Below, piece by piece: positions 1-9,352 of a stretch of DNA of 64,000 nt. How positions within the stretch are numbered: the first letter of the stretch is position 1; each line of letters opens with the position of its first letter. The position numbers and the translations under genes were made by a program. The notes under the pieces were generated by a model. That model did not search any database. It was given only the letters and a program-made list of their open reading frames with translations, and was not told where the DNA came from. This DNA is from Candidatus Latescibacterota bacterium. Lineage in GTDB: Bacteria > Latescibacterota > UBA2968. The stretch covers positions 1 through 64,000 of the forward strand of contig OZ244960.1 of assembly GCA_965222605.1 (NCBI GenBank), in the 5' to 3' direction.

Positions 1-2
1 CG

Positions 3-2015
3 ATTTTAGAAACAGGTCCGGCAGCAATAGAGTTGATCGATAAGATGATTCTGGATCAGACCAAAGAGTCTATGGAACTGTCCAGGATGCGTTCGTGGGT
101 ACAGGGTGATCCAGAGGCTGTGCTGGCTGTTGAATACTACGGCGATTCAGAGGGCGAACTGGTCTCTAAGCTGGAAGAACTCGAAGTGCTGTTGGGAAAT
201 CAGAATCTCGAATATACTTTTTCTCGTGCTATTTCCGATGTCGAGCAGGCCAATGTTTGGAATGTGCGCAAGGCGGGGTTGGGATTGCTCATGGGCGTAA
301 AAGGCGATTCCAAACCCATTGCTTTTGTCGAAGACGCCGCTGTTCCGCCAGAAAGGCTGCCCGATTATATTTCCGAGTTTGGAGCGTTGGTGAAATCGCT
401 CAACACGCGGGCGGGTTATTATGCACACGCCAGCGTGGGCTTGCTGCACGTTAGGCCGATGGTCAATCTCAAGGATGCCGACGAGATCGCCAAAATGAAA
501 TTTATCGCCGAATCTGTGCGCGATTTGGTGATGAAATACGGCGGTGCTGTGAGCGGAGAGCACGGCGATGGTCTGGTTCGAAGTTGTTGGAACGAAACGT
601 TCTTCGGCACAACACTTTACGAAGCTTTTCGGGAGGTCAAACGCGCTTTTGATCCCAAAGGACAGATGAATCCCGGCAAAATTGTCGATGCGCCGATGAT
701 GACTGAAAATTTGCGTTATGGGGCAGACTATCGCGCAAAAGAAATAAATACCCACTTCGATTTTTCTGCCGATGGGGGATTTCACCGCGCCGTTGAAATG
801 TGCAATGGGGTAGGCGAGTGTCGCAAAAAGCTGGAGGGCACGATGTGTCCGTCTTATATGGCGACTCTGGAAGAAGAACATTCGACGCGGGGGCGGGCAA
901 ACGCGCTTCGAGCGGCGATTTCGGGGCGATGGAAAGGCGGGCTTACGGATCATCGCATCAACGATGTGCTCGCGCTCTGTTTGGAGTGTAAGGCCTGCAA
1001 AGCCGAGTGTCCGTCCAATGTGGATATGGCTAAAATTAAATATGAATTTAAGGCACATTATTACGCCAAACACGGGCGACCGTTGCGAGCTTTTTTATTT
1101 GGCAATGTGGAATTGATGGGCAAACTCGGATGTCTTGTTGCACCTCTTGCCAATCGTTTGTCCAGGACGGGTATTTCAAAGTGGATGATGAAGCGTATCG
1201 GTATCGCGCCTGCGCGATCCCTGCCGCCATTTGCGCGTCAGACTTTTACACACTGGTTCGCCCGCCGCAACGCCCCTCAAAAAAATAAACGCGTCGTGTT
1301 TTTTGCCGATACGTACATGACCTACAATTATCCCGAAATTGGCAAAGCAGCTACGGCCTTGTTTGAAGCCGCCGGTTATGAGGTGATTTTGGCGGTGAAG
1401 CGATGTTGTGGCCGCCCGTTGCTTTCGAGCGGTTATATCGACCGTGTCAAAAAAAACGCCCTGTTTAATATTGAGAATCTCTACCAATATACTGAACAGG
1501 GATATCCCATTGTGGGCTTTGAACCGTCGTGTGTTTCGATGTTCACGGATGAATACGGCGATTTAATTGACGATCCGCGCGTGCGTGCCGTAGCCGAAAA
1601 TATTTATACTTTTGAAGCGTTTGTACAGACATTTTCCGAAAAAGGCGAATTTGTCGTGCCATTTACCGACTTAAAAAAAGACATCTTGCTGCACGGCCAC
1701 TGCCATCAGAAAGCCCTGTGGGGTATGGGGCCGTCTGAGGCCGCGTTGGGATTGCCCGAGGGTTTTCGCGTGACGACCATTCAGTCGGGTTGTTGCGGCA
1801 TGGCGGGTTCTTTCGGCTATGAAGCCGAGCACTACGACGTATCGCTCAAAGTGGGCGAGTCGCGGCTGCTTCAGGTGGTTCGCGACGCAGATGCCACAAC
1901 TGATATTGCCGCAGCGGGTTTGTCGTGCAGGCAACAAATTGCGCACGCCACAGGGCGTACTGCCCGCCATCCCGCCGAGGTATTGGCCGACGCCCTGGAT
2001 AAGGGCGATGGGTAA
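3..2015 (+). CDS. FAD-linked oxidase / 4Fe-4S (GlcD-GlcF/YdiJ-like) oxidoreductase, 5'-partial
   Basis: FAD-oxidase C-terminal motifs (HASVGLLHVRP, SGEHGDG), ferredoxin motifs CNGVGEC and CLECKACKAECP, and CCG domains. The frame is open to the window edge. Confidence 0.9.
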   Translation: MLETGPAAIELIDKMILDQTKESMELSRMRSWVQGDPEAVLAVEYYGDSEGELVSKLEELEVLLGNQNLEYTFSRAISDVEQANVWNVRKAGLGLLMGVKGDSKPIAFVEDAAVPPERLPDYISEFGALVKSLNTRAGYYAHASVGLLHVRPMVNLKDADEIAKMKFIAESVRDLVMKYGGAVSGEHGDGLVRSCWNETFFGTTLYEAFREVKRAFDPKGQMNPGKIVDAPMMTENLRYGADYRAKEINTHFDFSADGGFHRAVEMCNGVGECRKKLEGTMCPSYMATLEEEHSTRGRANALRAAISGRWKGGLTDHRINDVLALCLECKACKAECPSNVDMAKIKYEFKAHYYAKHGRPLRAFLFGNVELMGKLGCLVAPLANRLSRTGISKWMMKRIGIAPARSLPPFARQTFTHWFARRNAPQKNKRVVFFADTYMTYNYPEIGKAATALFEAAGYEVILAVKRCCGRPLLSSGYIDRVKKNALFNIENLYQYTEQGYPIVGFEPSCVSMFTDEYGDLIDDPRVRAVAENIYTFEAFVQTFSEKGEFVVPFTDLKKDILLHGHCHQKALWGMGPSEAALGLPEGFRVTTIQSGCCGMAGSFGYEAEHYDVSLKVGESRLLQVVRDADATTDIAAAGLSCRQQIAHATGRTARHPAEVLADALDKGDG

Positions 2016-2292
2016 TATCAAACGCGTTCGCGTGACAATCAGCGGACGGGTTCAGGGTGTTGGATTCCGCTATTTCACACGGCGAGAAGGCGAGCGCCTC
2101 GGGCTGGTCGGATGGGTAAAAAATTTACCCAATGGCGATGTTGAGGCTGAAGCAGAGGGAGATGAAGCGCAAGTTGATACATTTGTAGAAGCGATAAGAC
2201 GAGGACCTCCTGCATCTCGCATTCTGAATTACCAGATTAATGAGATACCTGCGAACCACAGGGATGTTGCGTTTGATATAAGGTTTTTTTGA
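2008..2292 (+). CDS. acyP: Acylphosphatase
   Basis: GRVQGVGFR and GWVKN motifs; ATG at 2008 overlaps the upstream gene end. Confidence 0.93.
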   Translation: MGNIKRVRVTISGRVQGVGFRYFTRREGERLGLVGWVKNLPNGDVEAEAEGDEAQVDTFVEAIRRGPPASRILNYQINEIPANHRDVAFDIRFF

Positions 2293-2312
2293 TAAATTTT
2301 AAGGGAAAAATA

Positions 2313-2825
2313 ATGGACTTAAAAGAATTTATTCGCGAGGTGCCGGACTTTCCCAAAGCGGGTATCTTATTCAAAGATATTACGACTCTGATTGGTGATG
2401 CGGACGCTCTTCGCGCGACCATAGAACAACTTGCGCAACCCTATCGCAATGGGGCTGTCGATCTCGTGGTGGGGATCGAGTCGCGTGGCTTTATTTTTGG
2501 GACAGCACTCGCGCATGAACTCGGCGTGGGCTTTGTACCGATCCGAAAACCCGGCAAGCTGCCAGCAGACGCGATTTCTGCGGAATATGAATTGGAATAC
2601 GGAACAGATAAGATTGAGATACACACAGATGCAATCGCCGGGGGGCAGAGGGTCGCGCTCGTGGATGATTTGCTGGCAACCGGTGGCACAATGGCCGCGG
2701 CGTGTCAACTCGTATCTGAACTCAAAGGAGAAATTGTAGGTATTTCTTTTGTTATTGAATTGGACTATTTAAACGGACGAGAAAAACTCGGCATTTGGCC
2801 CATTCACACGCTGATTCATTATTGA
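2313..2825 (+). CDS. apt: Adenine phosphoribosyltransferase
   Basis: DFPKAGILFKDIT, ESRGF, RKPGKLP, LEYG and PRPP motif VDDLLATGGT. Confidence 0.97.
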   Translation: MDLKEFIREVPDFPKAGILFKDITTLIGDADALRATIEQLAQPYRNGAVDLVVGIESRGFIFGTALAHELGVGFVPIRKPGKLPADAISAEYELEYGTDKIEIHTDAIAGGQRVALVDDLLATGGTMAAACQLVSELKGEIVGISFVIELDYLNGREKLGIWPIHTLIHY

Positions 2826-2827
2826 TA

Positions 2828-2976
2828 GTAGTATGTCAAATAGGTTTCTTGCAAAAGCCACTGGACGCCTGCTTAAACCATGCAGGCGTGACGAACGACG
2901 GTTGTCATTGCGGCAGGATGTTAGCCGCAATCCAGTCTATCAAAAAAAATGTTAGCAGATTTTTTTGACAGACCAG
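2828..2976. mobile_element. MITE-like 149-bp non-autonomous element with TA flanks, containing two REP-like palindromes
   Basis: Imperfect terminal inverted repeats (GTAGTATGTCAAA vs revcomp CTGGTCTGTCAAA, 10/13). TA on both sides (2826-27, 2977-78). Removing it leaves the perfect palindrome CATTATTGATATCAATAATG. Confidence 0.6.
2861..2935. repeat. Inverted pair of 32-bp REP-like palindromes (GTCA-7bp stem-9nt loop-7bp stem-TCCAG)
   Basis: 2861-2892 revcomp = GTCA CGCCTGC ATGGTTTAA GCAGGCG TCCAG; 2904-2935 = GTCA TTGCGGC AGGATGTTA GCCGCAA TCCAG. Confidence 0.7.
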
Positions 2977-2988
2977 TATCAATAATGT

Positions 2989-3061
2989 GCCCCTGTAGCT
3001 CAGAGGATAGAGTAGCGGATTCCTAATCCGTTGGCCGCAGGTTCGATTCCTGCCAGGGGCA
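2989..3061 (+). tRNA. tRNA-Arg(CCT)
   Basis: Cloverleaf: acceptor GCCCCTG/CAGGGGC, D-arm TAGCTCAG, anticodon arm GCGGA-TT CCT AA-TCCGT, T-loop GGTTCGATTCC. CCA is not encoded. Confidence 0.97.
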
Positions 3062-3105
3062 CTTTTTTAGAAATACATTCCTTTAACGCAGCTAAGGATT
3101 GACTT

Positions 3106-3231
3106 GTGAAACGTGTTCTGACCATCTCCAAATTTGATCCAAACGAGAAAGCGTGCGATCATACGCGACATCTTACGGGTGACGAAAGGGTTTCTCTCCT
3201 TGAGGGCCTGCGCCGAGAAATGTGGACTTGA
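3106..3231 (+). pseudogene. Small hypothetical gene truncated by the IS3 left end
   Basis: AAGGA RBS, GTG start, MKRVLTISKFD...ERVSLLEGLRREM; the stop codon is supplied by the IS inverted repeat. Confidence 0.4.
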
Positions 3232-3277
3232 CCCGTTTTGGTGGGTACCTTATGAGTAGTTAGAAAGGAGACCCACT

Positions 3278-3589
3278 ATGCCACCAACACGTCCCCCTTA
3301 TCCACCCGAGTTGAAGCGCCAGATCGTCGAGCTTGTGCGCGCTGGTCGCAGTCCTTCTGAATTGGCCAGAGAGTTTGAGCCAACCGCTCAGACGATCCAA
3401 AACTGGATAGGTCAGGCTGATCGAGATTAGGGACTTCGAGAAGATGGTCTGACCAGTGCTGAGCGAGAAGAGTTGCGTCGTCTTCGACGCGAGAATAAGC
3501 AGTTGCGCATCGAGCGCGAGATCCTGTCAAAAGCAGCGGGCTAATTCGCAGCGGAGACCGACGCGATCCCCAGAAAATCTTCGCGTTAG
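3278..3589 (+). pseudogene. IS3 orfA (HTH + leucine zipper) with two in-frame stops
   Basis: MPPTRPPYPPELKRQIVEL...EELRRLRRENKQLRIEREILSKAA; TAG at 3428 and TAA at 3542. Confidence 0.88.
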
Positions 3590-4438
3590 TGAAAGCGCAT
3601 CAGGCACTTTGGCCAATCGCCACGCAATGCCGCGTGCTGGGTGTCTCCCTCAGCGGGTATTATGCTTGGCGAACACGTCCACCCTCCAAACGAGCAAAGG
3701 TTGATACGCAGTTGAAGGCGCATATCAAAGCCTTCCACACCCGATCAGATGGCACCTATGGTGCCCCTCGCATCTGGAAAGATCTGATGGATATAGACAT
3801 CCTTGTAGGTAAGAAGCGCGTAGCGCGTCTGATGCGTGAGATGGACATTTGTGGCGTTAGTCGCCGAAAGAGCACGCAAACGACGCGTAAGGCGCAAAAA
3901 GCTGATAAGGCTCCTGATCTGGTAAAGAGAGACTTCACTGCTGCAACGGTCAATAAACTCTGGGTGGCTGACATCACCTACGTACCCACCTGGTCTGGCT
4001 TCTTGTATCTCAGTGTTGTCATGGATGCCTTCTCTCGCCGCGTCGTGGGTTGGGCAATGGCGACACACCTGCAGAGCGAGTTGGTCTTGAAGGCTTTGAA
4101 CATGGCCCTTTGGCAGCGTCGCCCACAAAGCGTGATCCACCATTCTGACCAGGGGGCGCAATATACCTCCATAGCATTTGGAAAGCGTTGTCGTGAGGCT
4201 GGCGTGCGTCCCTCAATGGGGTCTGCTGGCGACTGCTATGACAACGCACTTTGCGAGAGCTTCTTCGCCACCCTCGAATGTGAGTTGATCAATCGCCGAT
4301 CTTTCCGTACGCAAGCATGAAGCGCGGTTGGCTCTCTTCTCCTACATTGAAGGGTGGTATAACCCGCATCGCAGGCATTCTTCCATCGCCTACCATGCGC
4401 CGATAGCTTATGAAAAGCTGCATCAATCACAGGCTTAA
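3589..4438 (+). pseudogene. IS3 orfB DDE transposase, frameshifted near the C-terminus
   Basis: WVADITY, HHSDQGAQY, DNALCESFFATLECE. The tail HEARLALFSYIEGWYNPHRRHS continues in another frame from about 4316. Confidence 0.9.
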
Positions 4439-4574
4439 AACACAAGCCCTAAATACGCCACCGAAGCGGGGTAACTCCAAGAAAACAGCGCATCCCTGTC
4501 TTGAAAGAACTTGCTCTGGTCTTGAAAGAACACAACTATACCCTTGATATCTCACATACCTAAATAGTTACAAA

Positions 4575-4706
4575 AATTTAATTGATGATCCAGGTATGCA
4601 AGAGACAAAATCAGACCTGGAAAGTGCCATGCTCGATTGGTTTATGAGGACTTCTGATACGGTTCCTGTGGGCGGAGATCCAAGAGGCTTTCCGCTTGAA
4701 AAATAG
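4575..4706 (+). pseudogene. C-terminal remnant of a sulfatase-like gene
   Basis: NLIDDP...LESAMLDWFMRTSDTVPVGGDPRG resembles sulfatase C-terminal tails; there is no intact upstream frame. Confidence 0.5.
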
Positions 4707-4718
4707 GAGAATGAAATA

Positions 4719-5938
4719 ATGATGGAATCAAATTTTCGTGGCAAGATAGGCATCTCCTACAAGGATTCAGATCAATGGGACCATCGGTCGGACCTTTGAA
4801 GACTCAACTGCATCATGGATCACGAAACCGACTGAGTTAAAACAGTCGCCCAACATCGTGATGATTGTGTTAGACGATGTCGGGTATTCACAATTGGGCT
4901 GTTATGGTTCTGACATTGAGACACCTGCGCTGGACAGTTTGGCAGAAGATGGCTTGCGATATGCCAATTTTCATGTAACCCCACTGTGTTCCCCTACCCG
5001 CACTTGCTTGTTGACGGGTCGAAACCATCATAGTGTCGGTATGGGCCGCGTGACTGAGATGAACAACGGCTTTCCCAATACACGCGGGTTTATTTCCAAA
5101 GAAGCCGCCAATCTGGCTGAACTATTGCGACCCCATGGCTATCAGACCCTCGCCGCAGGCAAATGGCACTTGAATGCCATCGATGACACGAGTCCGGCAG
5201 GGTCCTATGATCACTGGCCTTTACAACGTGGCTTTGACCGCCCACACCAGAGGCACCGACTTCGATACAGACGAATGGGAGCTTTATCATTTGGATCAGG
5301 ACCTGGCCGAGATAGACAACCTGGCAGATCAGCATCCTGAAAAATTAAGAGAAATGATCGACCTCTGGTGGCGTGAAGCGAAGCAATACGGCGTCTTACC
5401 TCTGGATGATATAGGTGGCAGAAATGGTGTGGGCTGGTGGCCTGAACCCAAGGATCGCTGGGTATTATACCAGGATGCGGTACTGCCCCACCATTTTAAA
5501 TCCGGCCCAAGAGTGCTCGGTCTCTCACATCGCATTACCGCACGCATTGAACGTAAATCAACGGACGTCGAAGGTACTATTGTCGCCGATGGTGGTCGAT
5601 TTGGTGGCTGGAGCTTATTCATCCACGACAATCGCCTGCACTATACAAACAACCACTCCGGCGATCAAAAACGCATCTCTTCATCAGTGACAATTCCACC
5701 GGGCAATGTAACACTTCGTCTTGATGTGGTGAAAACCGGAGAAGATGAAGGGCGTGCACGTTTCTTCGTAAATGACCAGCCTGCGGGTGAAGGTCTTATA
5801 TCACCATTTCGCCAATATAACTTTGTCAACGAACCCTTTGAAGTGGGGCGAGATAGCCAGACACCCGTTGACGATCACTACAACGCCCCGTTTGTATTCT
5901 CAGGCCAAATCGTCGATGTGGTGATCGAGGAGGATTGA
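4719..5938 (+). pseudogene. Arylsulfatase (AtsA/AslA-like) pseudogene with a large internal deletion and frameshifts
   Basis: PNIVMIVLDDVG, formylglycine motif CSPTR, LLTGR, GKWHL, RGFDR. At about 5240 it jumps in another frame to WELYHLDQD and the C-terminal beta-sandwich. Confidence 0.85.
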
Positions 5939-6613
5939 ATGATCTATACCATCCGCACATTTCACGTTCACCGCAAAGACTACGCCGAATTTGTTCGCTT
6001 TAGCGAAGAACAGATCTGGCCAGCCATCGAAGAAAAAGGAGCGCGTGCACTCGGCCTCTGGGTCGCTGCCATAGGTGGCCCCGAACGCATCTTTCTCATG
6101 ACGCGATACGACAGCCATGGTCATTGGGAAGAAACCCGAAACTGGGACAATCTCGCCAATGAAGGCAGTGGACGTGCCGCACTCGTACACGAAACCGAAT
6201 GTATTTCCCTCTTGCCCCTCACGCAAAGACAGCCTGATAGCGACGCCCCCGAAAAAGAGCCTGGCATTTATACTCTGCGCTCATTCAAAGTCGCGCCCAC
6301 CGACGTTTCGCGTTTTGTCGACTTATCAGAAAATCAGTGGTGGCCCTGGGTCACCCGAGGCGAAGGTGTGCGCCCCATTGGCCAATGGATAACCAAATCA
6401 GCACCCGAAGACCGCATCTACATGATGACGCGATACGACAGCCTGTATCATTGGGAAGGCCATCACAGCAATGTCGGCACCATCGCACAACCCGATGATC
6501 CCGAAATGGGCAAAGTCTGGAAAATCGGCCAAAAAGCCATTCAAGAGCGCAAAAAAATCACCATCGATACCAACGTCAAAGTTCTGCGTCCCATCACCAG
6601 CAGAAGACCATAG
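5939..6613 (+). CDS. Tandem NIPSNAP-like (dimeric alpha/beta barrel) protein
   Basis: Two internal repeats IYT(I/L)RxF...G.R..G.W...RI..MTRYDS..HWE. Confidence 0.75.
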   Translation: MIYTIRTFHVHRKDYAEFVRFSEEQIWPAIEEKGARALGLWVAAIGGPERIFLMTRYDSHGHWEETRNWDNLANEGSGRAALVHETECISLLPLTQRQPDSDAPEKEPGIYTLRSFKVAPTDVSRFVDLSENQWWPWVTRGEGVRPIGQWITKSAPEDRIYMMTRYDSLYHWEGHHSNVGTIAQPDDPEMGKVWKIGQKAIQERKKITIDTNVKVLRPITSRRP

Positions 6614-6625
6614 CAGGAGACCCCA

Positions 6626-8299
6626 ATGCCCCAAATGACAGGTGCACGATTTCTCGCAGAAACCGTGCATGGCCACGGAATAGACACCGTCTTTTTTATG
6701 CCCTACATCGCGCCCCGAGCATTGATGGAAATGGAAAATCTCGGCATGAAACGCGTGCAAACCCACGGAGAAAAAGCCGCCGCGTACATGGCCGATGCGT
6801 ATGCGCGCGTCAGACGCGGTCCAGGTCTTTGTATGGCCCAATCCGTTGGTGCCGTTAACCTCGCTGCTGGTCTTCAAGACGCCTATCTTGCTTGCTCGCC
6901 TGTTATCGCAATCACAGGCAAAGAAAGCCATGTCAATCAGCTCCGCCATGCCTATCAGGAAGTCGATCACCGAAACCCGTTTGGTGTAGTTACAAAATAC
7001 ACCGCTGATGTCCACGCCGTCGATCTGTTGCCCGTGTATTTGCGGCAGGCTTTTCGATCAGCCACCACAGGCACACCCGGTCCCGTACATCTCGATCTAC
7101 AAGGTCTTGCCGGTCAAGTCGTCGTTGAAGCCGAAGCCGATTTTGAAGTCGTCATCGAATCTGCCTTTTCCCAGATTCCACCTTTTCGCCCGACTGCCGA
7201 ACCCGAATTGATCACCGAAGCCCTCAGCCTTCTTTCTCAAGCCAAAAAGCCGATCATCATGGCCGGTGGCGGTGTGACCACATCCGATGCCAGCGCCGAA
7301 CTCATCGCCCTTGCCGAGAAGCTTTCTATCCCCGTTGCCACATCCCTCAATGCCAAAGCCATGTTTCCCGCCGATCACGAACTCGCTATCGGCACACCCG
7401 GTTCATACTCACGCGCCTGTGCCAATCAGGCCATGTTTGAAACCGATCTGGTTTTCTTCATCGGCAGTCATACGGGCGGGCAGGTTACCAATGGGTATAA
7501 AGTGCCGCCACAAGGCACGCCCATCATTCAACTCGACATCAATGCCGAAGAATTGGGTCGCAACTATCCCCTCACCTTCGGCCTTCAAGGCGACGTGCGA
7601 AACACATTGCGCCTCATGATTGATCAGGCCAGCAAAGCAGAGCCTCGCACCCAATGGATCGCCCGCATCCACGAACTCGTCAACGCATGGAAAGAAGATA
7701 TGGCCAAACATGTCAACTCCGACACCGAACCCATGCGTCCCGAACGCCTCTGCAAAGAACTGTCTGACTTTCTTCCTTCCGATGCCATACTCGTCTCCGA
7801 CACAGGACACTCCGGCATCTGGACCGGCACCATGCTCGACTTCAAATATCCCACACAATCTTATATCCGCTGTTCTGGTTCACTCGGCTGGGGTTTCCCT
7901 GCAGCCCTCGGTGCCAAATGCGCCGCACCAGACCGTCCCGTCATTTGCTTCACTGGCGATGGGGGCATCTGGTATCACATGACCGAACTCGACACCGCCA
8001 TGAAATCCGAAATCAACACCGTCACCGTCATCAACAACAACCATTCGCTGAACCAGGAACAAGGTGGTGTAGAACGCACCTATGGCGGTCGTACCAAAGG
8101 CTCTGACGAACTCTGGCTCTTCCCAGACGCAGACTTTGCCAAAATGGCCGAAGCCATGGGATGCTTTGGCATCACCGTCAACAAAATCAGCGAGCTGCAA
8201 AGTGCTCTTGAGCAAGCCCTCAACGCAGGCAAACCCGCCGTCGTAGATGTCAAAACCCATCTCGAAGGCATTGCTGCAAAAGCCTGGATGCCAGCCTAA
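6626..8299 (+). CDS. Thiamine pyrophosphate-dependent enzyme (acetolactate synthase large subunit-like)
   Basis: HGEKAAAYMADAYAR, PGPVHLD, TPP motif GDGG...NN; GGAG RBS. Confidence 0.9.
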   Translation: MPQMTGARFLAETVHGHGIDTVFFMPYIAPRALMEMENLGMKRVQTHGEKAAAYMADAYARVRRGPGLCMAQSVGAVNLAAGLQDAYLACSPVIAITGKESHVNQLRHAYQEVDHRNPFGVVTKYTADVHAVDLLPVYLRQAFRSATTGTPGPVHLDLQGLAGQVVVEAEADFEVVIESAFSQIPPFRPTAEPELITEALSLLSQAKKPIIMAGGGVTTSDASAELIALAEKLSIPVATSLNAKAMFPADHELAIGTPGSYSRACANQAMFETDLVFFIGSHTGGQVTNGYKVPPQGTPIIQLDINAEELGRNYPLTFGLQGDVRNTLRLMIDQASKAEPRTQWIARIHELVNAWKEDMAKHVNSDTEPMRPERLCKELSDFLPSDAILVSDTGHSGIWTGTMLDFKYPTQSYIRCSGSLGWGFPAALGAKCAAPDRPVICFTGDGGIWYHMTELDTAMKSEINTVTVINNNHSLNQEQGGVERTYGGRTKGSDELWLFPDADFAKMAEAMGCFGITVNKISELQSALEQALNAGKPAVVDVKTHLEGIAAKAWMPA

Positions 8300-8420
8300 A
8301 TCGAATGCGGTGATCCAATACCGCCGAGCACTCCAATTAGTGCAGAACAACGCGCCCAGATCAAAGAAGCTCTATCAACAATCGTTTAATCATAAACATC
8401 ATTTTTTTGGAGGAGCAACA

Positions 8421-8807
8421 ATGTCAATCGAGCAATTACAAGAAAATGGCCTAACCGGTCCTTTTGAGTTGGCAGACAAATCCCTCGTCGATGCCGTATG
8501 TGAGGTCGGGATAGAACTACAAGCGCTACAACGCCAGGAAAATATCGTGCGCCAGTTGGCAGGACAAGAACCCCAATTTAGAACGAAGATCGATAGACAC
8601 ATGGAATTCAAGGTGATGAGAGACCTCTGTCTCGATGACAATGTGAAGTCCGTGGTGTCCGAACATTTCGGCAATGATCTTTTTATCTGGGGTAGCGTTT
8701 TTCAATTGAAATCTGAAGGCGTGTCAGAAAATATATGGCACCACGATCGCGCATACGAAAACGGTCGCGATCAAGTCAATCTCTATGATACCAGCAACTG
8801 GACTTGA
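8421..8807 (+). pseudogene. Phytanoyl-CoA dioxygenase (PhyH)-like 2OG-Fe(II) oxygenase, truncated by the mini-element
   Basis: GGAGGAG RBS; LQENGLTGPF start; WHHD (HxD) motif. The frame ends inside an IS3-type end at 8799, before the distal His. Confidence 0.65.
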
Positions 8808-9229
8808 CCCGTTTTGATAGACAGATTCCGCTATTCAGTCCGCTACTTTTACACGACCTCTTGTTGCCCTTCCACTGGTACAAAATTAATCTCAACCCTT
8901 TGATTCAATGCGATCGCGATTCTTTGAAGCATCGCAAGAGAGTGCCCTTCATAATCCGCATCTTCGAGCCGTGCAATTACAGGCTGTTTGGATCCGATCA
9001 ATTTTGCCAATTCGATCTGCGTCAAGCCCGCCATCTTTCTGGCTTCATATATTAGACGAGCAACTTCTGTGTTGACTCTCTCCTCTGCCATCATCTGCTG
9101 CAATTCTTCATCATCCCCTGTTACATCATCTATAATTCGATTTGCATCTCTTGTCTTAGCCATTGGTCACGTCTCCTTCAAACAAATCTCGACCAATTCG
9201 GCAACAGCATCCGAAGCGGGGTAACTCCA
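8799..9229. mobile_element. 431-bp non-autonomous element bounded by IS3 ends, carrying an XRE gene
   Basis: First 18 bp are identical to IS3 3223-3240 (TGGACTTGACCCGTTTTG); last 19 bp are identical to IS3 4461-4479 (CCGAAGCGGGGTAACTCCA). Confidence 0.75.
8849..9163 (-). CDS. XRE-family HTH protein (HigA-like antitoxin/regulator)
   Basis: LIYEARKMAGLTQIELAKLIGSKQPVIARLE; AAGGAG RBS. Confidence 0.88.
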   Translation of the reverse strand: MAKTRDANRIIDDVTGDDEELQQMMAEERVNTEVARLIYEARKMAGLTQIELAKLIGSKQPVIARLEDADYEGHSLAMLQRIAIALNQRVEINFVPVEGQQEVV

Positions 9230-9352
9230 GTTCAGTGATTGGAATGGTTGGGGAGACCAAAATTACAGCTACTGATTCAGTGAGACAAGCCTTTGGAGAG
9301 ACAGTCCCGAAGGCTCGTCTTATACCTGGTACGCGCGTTGGTATCACCAGCA

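Larger units (their letters stand above)
3223..4479 (+). mobile_element. IS3-family insertion sequence (1257 bp), degenerate
   Basis: TG...CA ends with imperfect IRs (TGGACTTGACCCGTTTTGGTGG vs revcomp TGGAGTTACCCCGCTTCGGTGG), orfA HTH/leucine zipper and orfB DDE domain. No target duplication visible. Confidence 0.93.

Noticed and set aside
3428-3544. Stop-codon read-through or recoding in IS3 orfA
   Set aside because: Two different stops plus a frameshift in orfB indicate ordinary decay, and other genes use the standard code.
3223-9229. Composite transposon formed by the IS3 and the mini-element around the catabolic genes
   Set aside because: The outer flanks (ATG / GTT) show no target duplication, so transposition as a unit is unsupported.
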